From Octopus bimaculoides (lineage: Eukaryota), in NCBI RefSeq assembly GCF_001194135.2, contig NC_069001.1, positions 34,088,765 through 34,134,032 on the forward strand: DNA of 45,268 nucleotides, in the 5' to 3' direction. A model generated the notes under the pieces. That model did no database searches. It saw only the letters and a program-made list of their open reading frames with translations, and was not told the DNA's origin. Each line of letters opens with the position of its first letter. The stretch's first letter is position 1. Positions 12,197 to 24,236 of this stretch are shown here, piece after piece. A program made the translations under genes and the position numbers.

Positions 12197-12983
12197 TTAG
12201 CAACATTCAACAACAATAATACCATTGATATGCAATATAACAATAATACATGTATGTTTTCAAATCAATTCTATAGTTAAGATTGTTTATATCTTCACAT
12301 AAAGACAAAAATAATAGATAACAACTTTCCAGGTAGAAGTGGTTATAGCTTTCAAAAAGGTTCTATCCTAACACTGCACCTTTAGTACTTACTACGAGGA
12401 CTTTTCTCAATATCATTAATCAATTGCTCCAGAAAAAATACAATTCAGAAAGAAATTATCTTTATGATGCCCTATAAATTTTAACAATCTTTAGTCTTAA
12501 AAATAAACTATGGAATTTCTACAAGTACTCTTAGCGCATATATTAATGTCTTGATATAATTGATATAATCTTGATATAATAAGATAAGATTATACATCCA
12601 ACAGAGTGAAGCCAAAAAGCTGAATTACTGTTCTCTGCATCAATTTTGAAGAAATCTTTGCACATAACATTTATGGAGGATCTCAAAGCGATTTAAACTA
12701 TGTAAAAACAGAAAGTAGAAGAAAATGATGACTTCTAGTGTGATGTTCAGAAGACAAGAAACTTAATTTAAAAAAAAAAAAGAATGTATTTTATCCCAGT
12801 GGCCTCAGTGAATTCAAAAAAAAATGTTGAAGAATGGGAAAAGGATAAGCTGGATGAAAGTTAAGTTTCCATCACTCCAGAGAAAATTATCCAATCTCTT
12901 ATTGACGAATATTCACACTTCTACTTTAACTGTCAGAAGAAAGTGTGTTCCATTCTCTATCAACTCCACCACCACCACTATCT

Positions 12984-13028
<45 letters not shown>

Positions 13029-13139
13029 CACACAGTATAAACTTATTTTAACAGTGATTCATTTCATTGCAATTTGGCAGTTGATACTTGAAACATAAAA
13101 AAAAGTAAAGCGAAAATTTCATCAAGTTTTATGGAAAAT

Positions 13140-13450
13140 TGTGAAATGTGTTGTAAAGAGTTTTGATTACACACACACACATAAATGAAAGCGTGTGTGT
13201 TTGTGTGTAATCGGTCTCAGATATATATATGATTGGCATCATACATACATTATATATTTATGTACATGTGCATATGTATGTATGTGTATATATGCTTATG
13301 TCTGTGTGTGTATATATATTTTTATATATATATATGTGTGTGTGTAAGTGTATATGTATATATGTGTATATATATATATGTGTGTGTGCATGTATGTATA
13401 TGTATGTTTATATATAAATCATTATATATATATATATCCATGTATATATA
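13140..13450. repeat. Degenerate (TA)n/(TG)n tract
   Basis: Visible runs. Confidence 0.9.
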
Positions 13451-13890
13451 TAATCATCTTGTTCATATGTATTTTATTATTGTCTATTCTTTTTTCTCAT
13501 TTTCTTTCTCTTTCCCACTTCATTTCCCTCTCAAATCCTTTTCCTCTAACTTCTTTTCCTTCACCAAATCCCTTCGTTCCCCAACCATTCACCAGTTTTC
13601 CTTCAGCTTTTACTACTTAATGCTCCTCTTTCCTTCCTTCTGAAATAGATTTGAAGTAGCCAGAGGTAAAATTAAGCAAAGGATGCTACCAGCTTCAATA
13701 AGATAGATAATATAAGGTGATGAGGATGATGGGGATGGATCTGTGATGTTGCCGGGAAGTGGGGAATTGTGTATTGCATGAAGTTATTAATAGATAAATC
13801 GTTGGAAACAGAACGAGTTGTGACAAATTTTAAAAGTCTCAGCTCAGCTGTGCCACTGCTCAGTAGAGAATATTGTAATAATATAATATT

Positions 13891-14116
13891 GCTGAGTGGA
13901 GGTGTTGGACTCCTGATCGTAAGATTGTGGTTTTGATTCTTGGACTGGGTGACGTGTTGTGTTCTTGAGCAAAACACTTAATTTTGCGTTGCTCCAATCC
14001 ATTTAACTGGCAAAAATGAGTAATCCTTTGATGGACTGGCATCCCCTCCAGGGGAGTGTATATGCACCCCAGAGACCAGGCAACCAGCCCTATAAGTCTG
14101 TGTGACTTTAGAAAGA
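13891..14116 (+). mobile_element. SINE family C
   Basis: ggtgttggactcctgatcgtaagattgtggttttgattc head; gagcaaaacactt core. Confidence 0.88.
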
Positions 14117-14163
<47 letters not shown>

Positions 14164-14684
14164 NNNNNNNNNNNNNNNNNNNNNNNNNNNNNNNNNNNNN
14201 NNNNNNNNNNNNNNNNNNNNNNNNNNNNNNNNNNNNNNNNNNNNNNNNNNNNNNNNNNNNNNNNNNNNNNNNNNNNNNNNNNNNNNNNNNNNNNNNNNNN
14301 NNNNNNNNNNNNNNNNNNNNNNNNNNNNNNNNNNNNNNNNNNNNNNNNNNNNNNNNNNNNNNNNNNNNNNNNNNNNNNNNNNNNNNNNNNNNNNNNNNNN
14401 NNNNNNNNNNNNNNNNNNNNNNNNNNNNNNNNNNNNNNNNNNNNNNNNNNNNNNNNNNNNNNNNNNNNNNNNNNNNNNNNNNNNNNNNNNNNNNNNNNNN
14501 NNNNNNNNNNNNNNNNNNNNNNNNNNNNNNNNNNNNNNNNNNNNNNNNNNNNNNNNNNNNNNNNNNNNNNNNNNNNNNNNNNNNNNNNNNNAGATACGAG
14601 AATTGTATTAATCTTTAAAGCAGTAGATTTATCTATTAATAATGATTTAGGCTGGCATTTTTGAAAGGAGTTTATTAAATTATT

Positions 14685-14852
14685 GTTGATCCCAACCATT
14701 TAATTGGCCCTTCATTTCTATTCCCCCACCCACCTCCTCAAAGGATGAGATACAAAGTTAATTGATCTTGGCGGGATTTGAACTCAGAACGTAAAGAGCT
14801 GAAACATAAGGCATTTAGTCTGATGCTCTGTTTATTCTGCCAATCCATTGCC
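14685..14852 (-). mobile_element. SINE family B, degenerate
   Basis: ggcgggatttgaactcagaacgtaaag (reverse B-box). Confidence 0.7.
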
Positions 14853-14865
14853 TAATAACATTGTC

Positions 14866-14906
<41 letters not shown>

Positions 14907-15162
14907 TAATGATAAATCAGGAAAAGTTAAGTGAATAAATAATAATAATAATGATAATAATAATAATTATTATTATTATTAAGTAAATAAGAAGCCAACA
15001 TTTTACTTTGTTATAAAAATTGATATAGCTGAGTTAATCAATCATGGTATTTTACTGGCAAAATATGACCTCTGCAGAGCTTGAACGCATAACAACAAGG
15101 TAAACAATATTAACAATCATAGTAATAATAATAACAATGATAATAATAATAATAATAATACT
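14866..15162. repeat. (AAT)n trinucleotide tracts
   Basis: Runs at 14866-14980 and 15120-15160. Confidence 0.9.
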
Positions 15163-15492
15163 GGTAACTTAGTAAGTCATTTTAGCTAATAGAATAATAT
15201 TTTCCAGGACATTAAGCATCGTCTGAACACTTTGCTAATCCAAACATCAAACAGTGGCTGCTAGCCAAACGATAGTCGTATAAATAATTTTATCTGTAGA
15301 CTAATTCCATAAAAACCTCTCAGTCATTGAGGAAATCTCAATATATACTTTTTATTGAACAGGCATGTGCATTGCATACGTAAACATACAAATACAATCA
15401 TGTCTCCACACAATCTGCTGCCAGGAAAACCCCCTACATATTGAGACTTTGTTAGTAATGTAATCGATAGGTTACATATATTTGTTTGCTGG

Positions 15493-15690
15493 TTTAACAT
15501 TAATATGTTTTTCATGTTAGCTAAGGTTGGATGGTGAGTTATTTCAGGCAAGGTTTTATGGCTGGATGCTCTTCCTGTTACCAAACCTTATCTGTTTTTC
15601 AAATAATGCATTTTGCATATCAGAGGTCTTTCAAAGGGCAAAGTGACCATTCATAATGTCAACAAAGAATGCCAACATCATCACCTTTTC
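15493..15690 (-). mobile_element. Family D-related fragment, degenerate
   Basis: ggttttatggctggatgctcttcctgttaccaaacc resembles the D core and 30355-30545. Confidence 0.55.
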
Positions 15691-15736
15691 ACAGAGAACA
15701 TTAAAGCTTATCTTTTTTTTAATCATATTTCTATAT

Positions 15737-16034
15737 GGGCCGACCAGAGCCTTGTGAGTGGATTTGGTAGATGGAAACCGAAAGAAGCCCGTCGTATATA
15801 TGTATATGTATTTATATATGTGTGTTTGTGTGTCTGTGTTTGTCTCCCCAACATCGCTTGACAACCGATGCTGGTGTGTTTACATCCCCATAACTTAGCG
15901 GTTCGACAAAAGAGACCGATAGAATAAGTACTAGGCTTACAAAGAATAAGTCCTTGGGTCGATTTGCTCGACTAAAGGTGGTGCTCCAGCATGGCCGCAG
16001 TCAAATGACTGAAACATGTAAAGAGTAAAGAGTA
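15737..16034 (+). mobile_element. SINE family A, 5'-truncated, CpG-rich (relatively young)
   Basis: gggccgacc...gtggatttggtagatggaaaccgaaagaagcccgtcg [microsatellite] ...gctccagcatggccgcagtcaaatgactgaaac...agtaaagag. Confidence 0.93.
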
Positions 16035-16681
16035 ATGAAGTTATAATGTGATATATTTCTTGTTTAATTTCTGCCTCACTTTTCTTTCCTCATTCACCCT
16101 CTTTCAAAAGATTTCTGCACTTCTTCTGAGGAGAAGCAGTTGCAACAAATACTGTTCAATATGGAATGTTCACACCAGTCCAGTCGTTTATTGTATATGA
16201 ATTCTTTCATTTTCCTTCTCTTCATTTATTTTTACATTCCTCCTCTCTCAATTTCCCCCATCCTGTTTACACTCCTCCTCCTATTTCTCCAGTGCTGTTT
16301 GTGGAACCTGTAAGTAGAACAGGAGAAAATAAGTGTAAAAGAAAAAGAATTCATCATTTAAATAAAACAAGCAGTAAACACGCCAATAACAAGGAAAAGA
16401 AACGTCTGAATTTCCTTAAAAGATGTCACAGTCGGATATTCAGCCGTGTGCTCTTGTACATGTTAGTTGCATGCATGTATATATACACACATAATATATG
16501 CAATATATATATGTGTGTGTGTGTGTGTATGTATGTACATATGTGTATGTATATATACACACATACACATGCATACATACACAAATGCCCAAATAAAATA
16601 GAGAATTAGGAGAAAATAATAAACCCTGTCAGCAAAATTTGATTTACACATACAATATACATACTGGCAAACACGATACAC

Positions 16682-16717
<36 letters not shown>

Positions 16718-18052
16718 TGCACGTGAACTCAGAGCTCATATATATATACAGAGAAAGATTCAATGTTTTGTGTATCTAACTTGTTGTTTCCACTTTAANN
16801 NNNNNNNNNNNNNNNNNNNNNNNNNNNNNNNNNNNNNNNNNNNNNNNNNNNNNNNNNNNNNNNNNNNNNNNNNNNNNNNNNNNNNNNNNNNNNNNNNNNN
16901 NNNNNNNNNNNNNNNNNNNNNNNNNNNNNNNNNNNNNNNNNNNNNNNNNNNNNNNNNNNNNNNNNNNNNNNNNNNNNNNNNNNNNNNNNNNNNNNNNNNN
17001 NNNNNNNNNNNNNNNNNNNNNNNNNNNNNNNNNNNNNNNNNNNNNNNNNNNNNNNNNNNNNNNNNNNNNNNNNNNNNNNNNNNNNNNNNNNNNNNNNNNN
17101 NNNNNNNNNNNNNNNNNNNNNNNNNNNNNNNNNNNNNNNNNNNNNNNNNNNNNNNNNNNNNNNNNNNNNNNNNNNNNNNNNNNNNNNNNNNNNNNNNNNN
17201 NNNNNNNNNNNNNNNNNNNNNNNNNNNNNNNNNNNNNNNNNNNNNNNNNNNNNNNNNNNNNNNNNNNNNNNNNNNNNNNNNNNNNNNNNNNNNNNNNNNN
17301 NNNNNNNNNNNNNNNNNNNNNNNNNNNNNNNNNNNNNNNNNNNNNNNNNNNNNNNNNNNNNNNNNNNNNNNNNNNNNNNNNNNNNNNNNNNNNNNNNNNN
17401 NNNNNNNNNNNNNNNNNNNNNNNNNNNNNNNNNNNNNNNNNNNNNNNNNNNNNNNNNNNNNNNNNNNNNNNNNNNNNNNNNNNNNNNNNNNNNNNNNNNN
17501 NNNNNNNNNNNNNNNNNNNNNNNNNNNNNNNNNNNNNNNNNNNNNNNNNNNNNNNNNNNNNNNNNNNNNNNNNNNNNNNNNNNNNNNNNNNNNNNNNNNN
17601 NNNNNNNNNNNNNNNNNNNNNNNNTATATATATATATATATATACATACATACATAAACACACACACACACACACACACATACATACACGTGTGTGTGTG
17701 TTGCATTTCATTATGCTTGATATTTTATTTCAGTTTTTCTGTTATTAATATTTATTTTGTTTTTTCATCCAGTGTAAATGTAAAACTTATTTTTCAATAT
17801 TGAAGTCTGTTTCAACTAATGATTGTCTAATAGATTAGTATGTGCATGTATTGTGTACATGTATGTGTGTGTGTGTGTACGTGTGAAAAGGTGAAATAGT
17901 TAAGTGGATAATGCATTGAAGTAAAAAAAAAAAATTCATGCTTTGTGAGCTTATATCTACTTTAGGAATTTTGTTACAATCTCTGTGTGGAATATTTAAT
18001 TCCACTTGATTCATTTCCCTTGTGTTGAAAATAGATTTTCAAGAATTATTAA

Positions 18053-18276
18053 CTGGCACTTCATCGGTTATGACGATGAGGGTTCTAGTTGGTCTGATTA
18101 ATGAAACATGATGCTCATGAAATTAATGTGCAAGTGGCTGAGCACTCCTCAGACATACATACATTTAGTGTAATTCTGAGGGAGCTTCAGCTTGACACAG
18201 AATGTGACAAGGCTGGCCCCTTTAAATTACAGGTACAAGTAATTTTTGCCAGCTGAATGAACTGGAGCAACATGAA
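18053..18276 (-). mobile_element. SINE C-related copy with long core/tail
   Basis: Ends in tttttgccagctgaatgaactggagcaacatgaaa, the reverse complement of the C core at 13980-14020. Confidence 0.65.
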
Positions 18277-18917
18277 AACATGTCTGTAGAACCTGTTTTA
18301 AACCCAGGCCTCATCTGCTCTGATAACTGACAGTGACTTGGTCAGTGAATCCTCTGTGATGGTCAAACAACCAAAGGCAAGATGAGCTGCTACAGATCAT
18401 ACTATCCTGAAGTCGGTATGCATGTGACCAGGGACCCATGTGAGTGCATATTCCCACTGAAACTCTGAACATGAACCCTACCCCACAGCATATAAAAAAG
18501 CTCATGTGATTTACCCTTCTCTTTCTAAGCAGTAAGGAAAGAGAAAGCTCTTTTAATTCATGTCAAAGAACAGATTGTGGATAATGCCATTTGGGTTACA
18601 GTACACTGAAAAAAAGAGTGGATGGTCATTTTTGGAATACCTTTAGTTATAGGTGTTGATCAGGAGAGAAATGATGACAGCATGTATGCAACTATCTGTC
18701 CTTTCTCGCTTCCTCTTTCTTTCTTTCTTTCTTTAATAATAGGTTGACCTTCATAGATCTGTAGATGTAGATATATATTTGCACCTACAACGCTTTGAGT
18801 CGTATGCAGCTGAGTCAACATTTTATTGAATATTCATAACTCCTACTATATATGTTGATAGCTACTTTCTTTCATCTGCTTACTTCTCCCCACCTCACTT
18901 TTATATATATATATATA

Positions 18918-19791
18918 AAGCGTGTGGTGAATAAATTGTTGTCTAAATTACGCAAAAAAGAAAATAATGCTCACATCACATTTTAACAGATACATTTACC
19001 AAAATTACAAAAAAATATCTTGAAATTCTAAAGAGTAAATTAATTCAATAAAATCGCTTTTGACTTCAACCATAATTTCCAGACGACTTTGGAATCTTCT
19101 GCAACACTTCTGGACAGTCTCCTTGTTTAAGATGGTGAGTGCTGCCATAATCCTTGCCTTCAGTTCATCTTCGGTGTTACAAGGAGTTTTGTTAGTCTCT
19201 CACTCAACTGCACCCCACACATAACAATCAAGGGGGTTGCAGTTTGGGGAGTTAGGTGGCCAGGTGTTACGGGTGATGTGGTTGCAGAAATTACCTGACA
19301 GCTATAACTGGGTTCTCCTGCTTGTGTGGCATGGTGCAGAGTCCTGTTGCCAGACATAGGGTCTTCCAGCAGCCACCCTCTTGACCCGGGGTAGCACTGC
19401 CTCCTCCAGGGACTTGATGTAGGCTTCTGCGTTGAGTCTGAGGCCATGTGGGAAAGTGAATGGAGGCATAACGTTGCTATCACTGGTGATCACTTCAAAC
19501 ACCATGATGTTGCCTGGATGTTTAATTTTTTGTCACTTTCAGTACATGTTCTCAGATTGACACCCAAACACACTGAAATGTTCATATTGGAGTCTCTAGC
19601 ATAAATGCAAAGCAGTACAGCATGTTGTTTCCAAATTTCTGGCAGAGTGAATTGTGTCATGGTGCTGTTTTTCTCACAGACAGTACCCAAATGACCCTAC
19701 TATACTGTGTAGTCAACAAGATCAAAAACAAACAATGTGTATGCACAAAATTAAGAACATAAAATGTTGACAATTTACCCATCGCACCCTG
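18918..19791 (-). mobile_element. Tc1/mariner superfamily, maT (DD37D) family, internally deleted, inserted in (TA)n
   Basis: TIR cagggtgcgatgggtaaattgtc at 19791, degenerate partner aagcgtgtggtgaataaattgtt at 18918, and TA on both sides. Confidence 0.9.
19043..19669 (-). pseudogene. maT (DD37D) transposase pseudogene
   Basis: N-terminus MTQFTLPEIWKQHAVLL..., a deletion, then KHPGNIMVF...WQQDSAPCHTSRRTQL*LSGNFCNHITRNTWPPNSPNCNPLDCYVWG. There are exactly 37 residues between the two Asp and two in-frame stops. Confidence 0.92.
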
Positions 19792-19992
19792 TATATATGA
19801 TATATATATCTGCATAACATATATATAATGTATGGAGTCAACAACCATTGAAGAGGTTGCAAGATGCAATGAAAATTTTAGAAAAAATATAAATAAATAA
19901 ATGAGGGGAAATCAAACCTGTGAGTGTGTTAAGTAATAAGGCACTAAAAGACAATGACTCTCTCCAGACACAATAAAAAATATACATATATA

Positions 19993-20164
19993 TCATCATC
20001 ATCATCGTTTAACATCTGTTTTCCATGCTGGCATGGTTTGGATAGTTTGACTGAGGTCTGGAAAGCCAGTGGATGCATCAGGCTCCAATCTGATCTGGTA
20101 ATGTTTCTACAGCTGGATGCCTTTCCTAGCGCCAACCTCTCTGAGAGTGTAGTGGGTGCTTTTA
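19993..20164 (-). mobile_element. Family D 3' fragment
   Basis: (CAT)n tail; gtttctacagctggatgcctttcctagcgccaacc. Confidence 0.9.
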
Positions 20165-20174
20165 TATATATATA

Positions 20175-20219
<45 letters not shown>

Positions 20220-21604
20220 CATACATACACACACACAATATATATACATACTTAAACACACAGTGGTACATATTTTATTACTTCATATTCATTATTACTG
20301 CCACTGACATAAGACTTACCAGTTTCTTTTCAATTTAAACTAGGAAGCAATGCATCATCATGCTCCCTTCCTCCACTCTCAAACCAGACTAATTCCCTCT
20401 GCCCTTTTGCCTCTTCTCACATTGTGAATCCATTAGGGTTCTAACGACTTAATCTTGCACTAAACACTTTCTCCAATCTTATGTACCTGAAGTTTTAACC
20501 CTTTGGAACTCTCTGTTCAAGAAAGCTCTGCATGCATCTTCAGGTGTTAAAATTTACTCAACTTGGAAGTATAATTAATTAAATATGATCAGAGAAATGA
20601 AAGATGAACACCAGCTATATTCAACTCAAAGACCTGCAAAGTTCACCGACACTGCTTTTCCAGTTGCATATGATAAATCAAAATATGCCGTACCTTCAAA
20701 TGAAAACAGCAGCAAAAACACAGAATATATATATATCCATATTTGTACGTACACATACATACATACACACACATACATACATGTATATTAGTATGTGGAG
20801 AGAGAGAGAAAGAAACGTGTTGTTAAATACAATTTATTCCTAAGAATAATTTCTATAATTTCATTAAATTAATTATGTTTTCAAAGTTTACTAAATTAAT
20901 AATGGAAATAGTGCAAAAACCAGAACGAATCATTGTAATAAAACTTACTAAAGCAAATGCAACAGGTAGCTGTTTGCTTGGAATCACCATTTATTTTGGT
21001 ATTTGTATGTATGTATGTCTGTATGTATGTATGTATGTGTGTGTGTGTGTGTGTTTGAAGGTGGTGAGGGCTGGACTACTGATTACAAAATTAGAAGAGA
21101 TCTTTCACTACAACCATTTTGTTATGCTTCTCTGCAAGGCACCTAACTCTTCTTGCCTGACTGAACATGACACAAGCACCACACTAGCTTCACAGTTAAA
21201 TGGCTAGCAGTAGGAAAGGTATTCAGCCATTAAATAAGTTTTTCCAGCAAGTAGTCTACTCCACCCTTGTATGCTTGAGAGCTCTGGATGCAGAACTCAG
21301 TGTGTGTGCATGCGCATACATATGTACATACACACACACACATATGCATACATATATGGTGATGTACTTCTTGGCCATAAATCATTTTGTTGGGGAATAA
21401 ATTAACTTTCAAAATGTTAATTTGTATAATTTAAAATATTTTAAATTATATTTTTAAGAGAATTACCATTGCTCTTTTTCCTTTATTTCTCTTTCCATTA
21501 TCTCATGTTTATAAAACACAGTTTGGAATTTCATTAAGAAATCATGTCCCATAAAAGAAGATGGAAAAAAAAATCTTACCTGAAAGTTAACACTGACACA
21601 ATAA

Positions 21605-21725
21605 TAGCTTGGTAGTTATGGTCTACTCAATGCAAAATCAGGAGTTCAAACCATGGCATTGTAGTTAGTCATTGTATTGTATCCTTGGACAAGGTACATA
21701 GCTCTGCTGGCCTCAATGTGATTTA
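21605..21725 (+). mobile_element. Old tRNA-headed SINE 5' fragment
   Basis: tggtagttatgg A-box-like; ggagttcaaacc B-box; tgtatccttggacaagg core-like. Confidence 0.5.
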
Positions 21726-22252
21726 AACATCTGAACAACAACAAAGAAAAGATACAGTTCCATAGGTATTCAGTGGTTTGTGGGTGTATCCTTCTGTGTA
21801 AGCAGTTGCTATGAAAAACTGACCATTCTCTCAATGCACAAGGAAAAAAATATGTATTTAATAGTATAAAACATGTCGTTTCTATTGATGTCATAAGAAA
21901 TTTGAAGCTTTGAGAGAATGTGAAATGTTTCTCTGTTAAAACGGCAGATTTTTATTTTTTCTATCAAATGGGTCCTTATAACCAAGGTTTTCCATGCTGT
22001 TATTCATAGCTTTATCTGCTTCAAGATTTACTATTCCAAAAAAGAATTGTTTCACATTCTCTTGAAGACTCTAAATTCCTATGATGTCAGAAGAGATGTT
22101 GCTAAGCCTTTTTCTTACAACTCTTCCAATCACAGCATTAATGATGATAATAAGGAGAAAAAGAAGAGATACATTTAAAAATTATTCAGTTTCAGCCTTG
22201 ACCAATGATTTTTAAAGTAACAAATATCAATACATCTGTCCTCACCCAAAAT

Positions 22253-22468
22253 ATTGGTTCCAAACTTTGGCACAAGGCCTGCAATTTCGGGGGAGGGAAT
22301 AAACCGATTACATCAACCCCAGTACTCAACTGGTACTTATTTTGTTGACCTCGAGAGGATGAAAGGCAAAGTCAACCTCGGCGGATTTTGAATTCAGAAT
22401 GCAAAGACAGATGAAATGCCGCTAAGCATTTTGTCCAGCCTGTTAATGATTTTGCCTGCTCATCACCT
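22253..22468 (-). mobile_element. SINE family B, full length
   Basis: ggcacaaggcctgcaatttcgggg tail; aggatgaaaggcaaagtcaacctcggcggattttgaattcag. Confidence 0.9.
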
Positions 22469-24076
22469 TTGTCCCTGCAAAATATTAGAGTAATTTTTTA
22501 TTCATTTATTAATGTGAAGATGAAATAGAGTTTCCTCCATATAACGTTTCTTTGTCAAGGTATTGGTCAAACTTAACAAATTTTAAATACCTTTCATTTT
22601 ATTAAACACAGCAATTTTTTCTGCAGCCTTTTCAATTCCCTTAGCACTTCCAGCCCATGCAAAAACACCGACTTAGTCTATGTCAGAAAATTCATGGAAC
22701 CATCTTTTATTTTCAGGTAGAATACTTTTAGATTAATTTTGGTAATGCCAAATGTTTGAAGAATTGAGTTTCAGCTGATAAAATCACCTCCACCGTACTT
22801 TTGGTGCTTATTTTGCTTAACCTCGATGAAAGATAATGACAACCTAAGTAAAGATCAGTGAGGTGCAAAACTGAATACTCTTAATTGATTTAGCTTTGTC
22901 TTTGACTGTTTTCTGTTAACTTCAGCACTAATATAGAAATTGAATATAAACACTTGATCTCATTAATAGTGTTTTATCCCCTTAGTATCGTACCTTAATC
23001 AAATTTGTCTCTCTCTCTTTGTATAGTTTGGGCTGACATAAAGTGTAAATGAACTTAGCTGTTCTCAAATAACCCCTGTATCATCTCATAATATTTCTCT
23101 TTGTATTTTATCATCATTTTTCTCCGTACACTACTAAACAATATTAAGATACATTTCTGGAAAGTAAAGTAATATATATTTCGTTGCCAGGGTGGTATGA
23201 ATGCTTGCCCACAAGTTCATTAAGTTTCCTACTAGTAGTTCAATAACAGTTTTAAAAGTGATTACCCCCAACCTCTGTTGGTCTTTACCACCACTAATTA
23301 AGTACACATCATATACTCTATAAAGCAATGATAATTTTGGAGCCAAAGAACTTACAGTATTCTGAACTCATAATTATATACCATTCCTCATCTTATTATC
23401 TCATGTCTTTGTATATTGAACACATAACCCTTTATAATCATTACTCTATACACCCAAAACAAAATTTATATTTATGTACTCATTTTACATATTTTACTAC
23501 ATACGCACTTGTTGTATATAACATTTACTTTCACTTCAGTACACAATCTACTTTCATTTTCAACATATTTACATCATTCCATAAAATTTATTTTCAATTT
23601 CATAATTTATGTATGCATTCTGTGTGTCCACTTTCATCTTCAGCACTTATGTACCTGTTCTCCTCTTGTTCTTCCCCTTTCAACATTTATATACACACTT
23701 TACATAACGCTCCTTTACGCATCATTCAATACAGTAATTTTAATCAACGTAATGCAATTTTCCTTACATATGTTAATAACGCCTAGAAGGAGGTGCTTTT
23801 TCCATTCACCAAAGTGAATGGAGCTTCGGCCAGGAGAAACTGATGCCATCAGACAGCATCCAACATTCATCTGGTGTTTCGACCTGGAACTATAACACCC
23901 TCCCATTGGTGAGTTAGCAGAAGTGGCCAAATCATTGCTCCAATACAGTAATTTTAATCAATGTAATGCAATTTCCCTTACATATGTATTACACGTCTTA
24001 CTAAACACTCACTTCATCTATGCTTCATGTATGGAGTATTTCTTTTGTTGATTCTACCTATTTCAGATCTTTAAAC

Positions 24077-24236
24077 TGTGGTAAGTAGCTTGCTTACCAA
24101 CCACATGGTTCCGGGTTCAGTCCCACTGCGTGGCACTTTGGGGAAGTGTCTTCTACTATAGCCTCAGGCCGACCAAAGCTTTGTGAGTGGATTTGGTAGA
24201 CGGAAACTAGAAGTCCGTCGTATATATGTATATATA
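24077..24236 (+). mobile_element. SINE family A, 5' half (runs into an N gap)
   Basis: gtggtaagtagcttgcttaccaaccacatggttccgggttcagtcccactgcgtggc. Confidence 0.93.

Noticed and set aside
12800-12864. Possible plus-strand terminal exon (VASVNSKKNVEEWEKDKLDES*)
   Set aside because: The frame depends on a 9-A homopolymer, and no compatible upstream exon was found.
20585-20791. Plus-strand ORF MIREMKDEHQLYSTQRPAKFTDTAFP...
   Set aside because: No splice support or homology recognised; it is antisense to a better-bounded minus-strand exon candidate.
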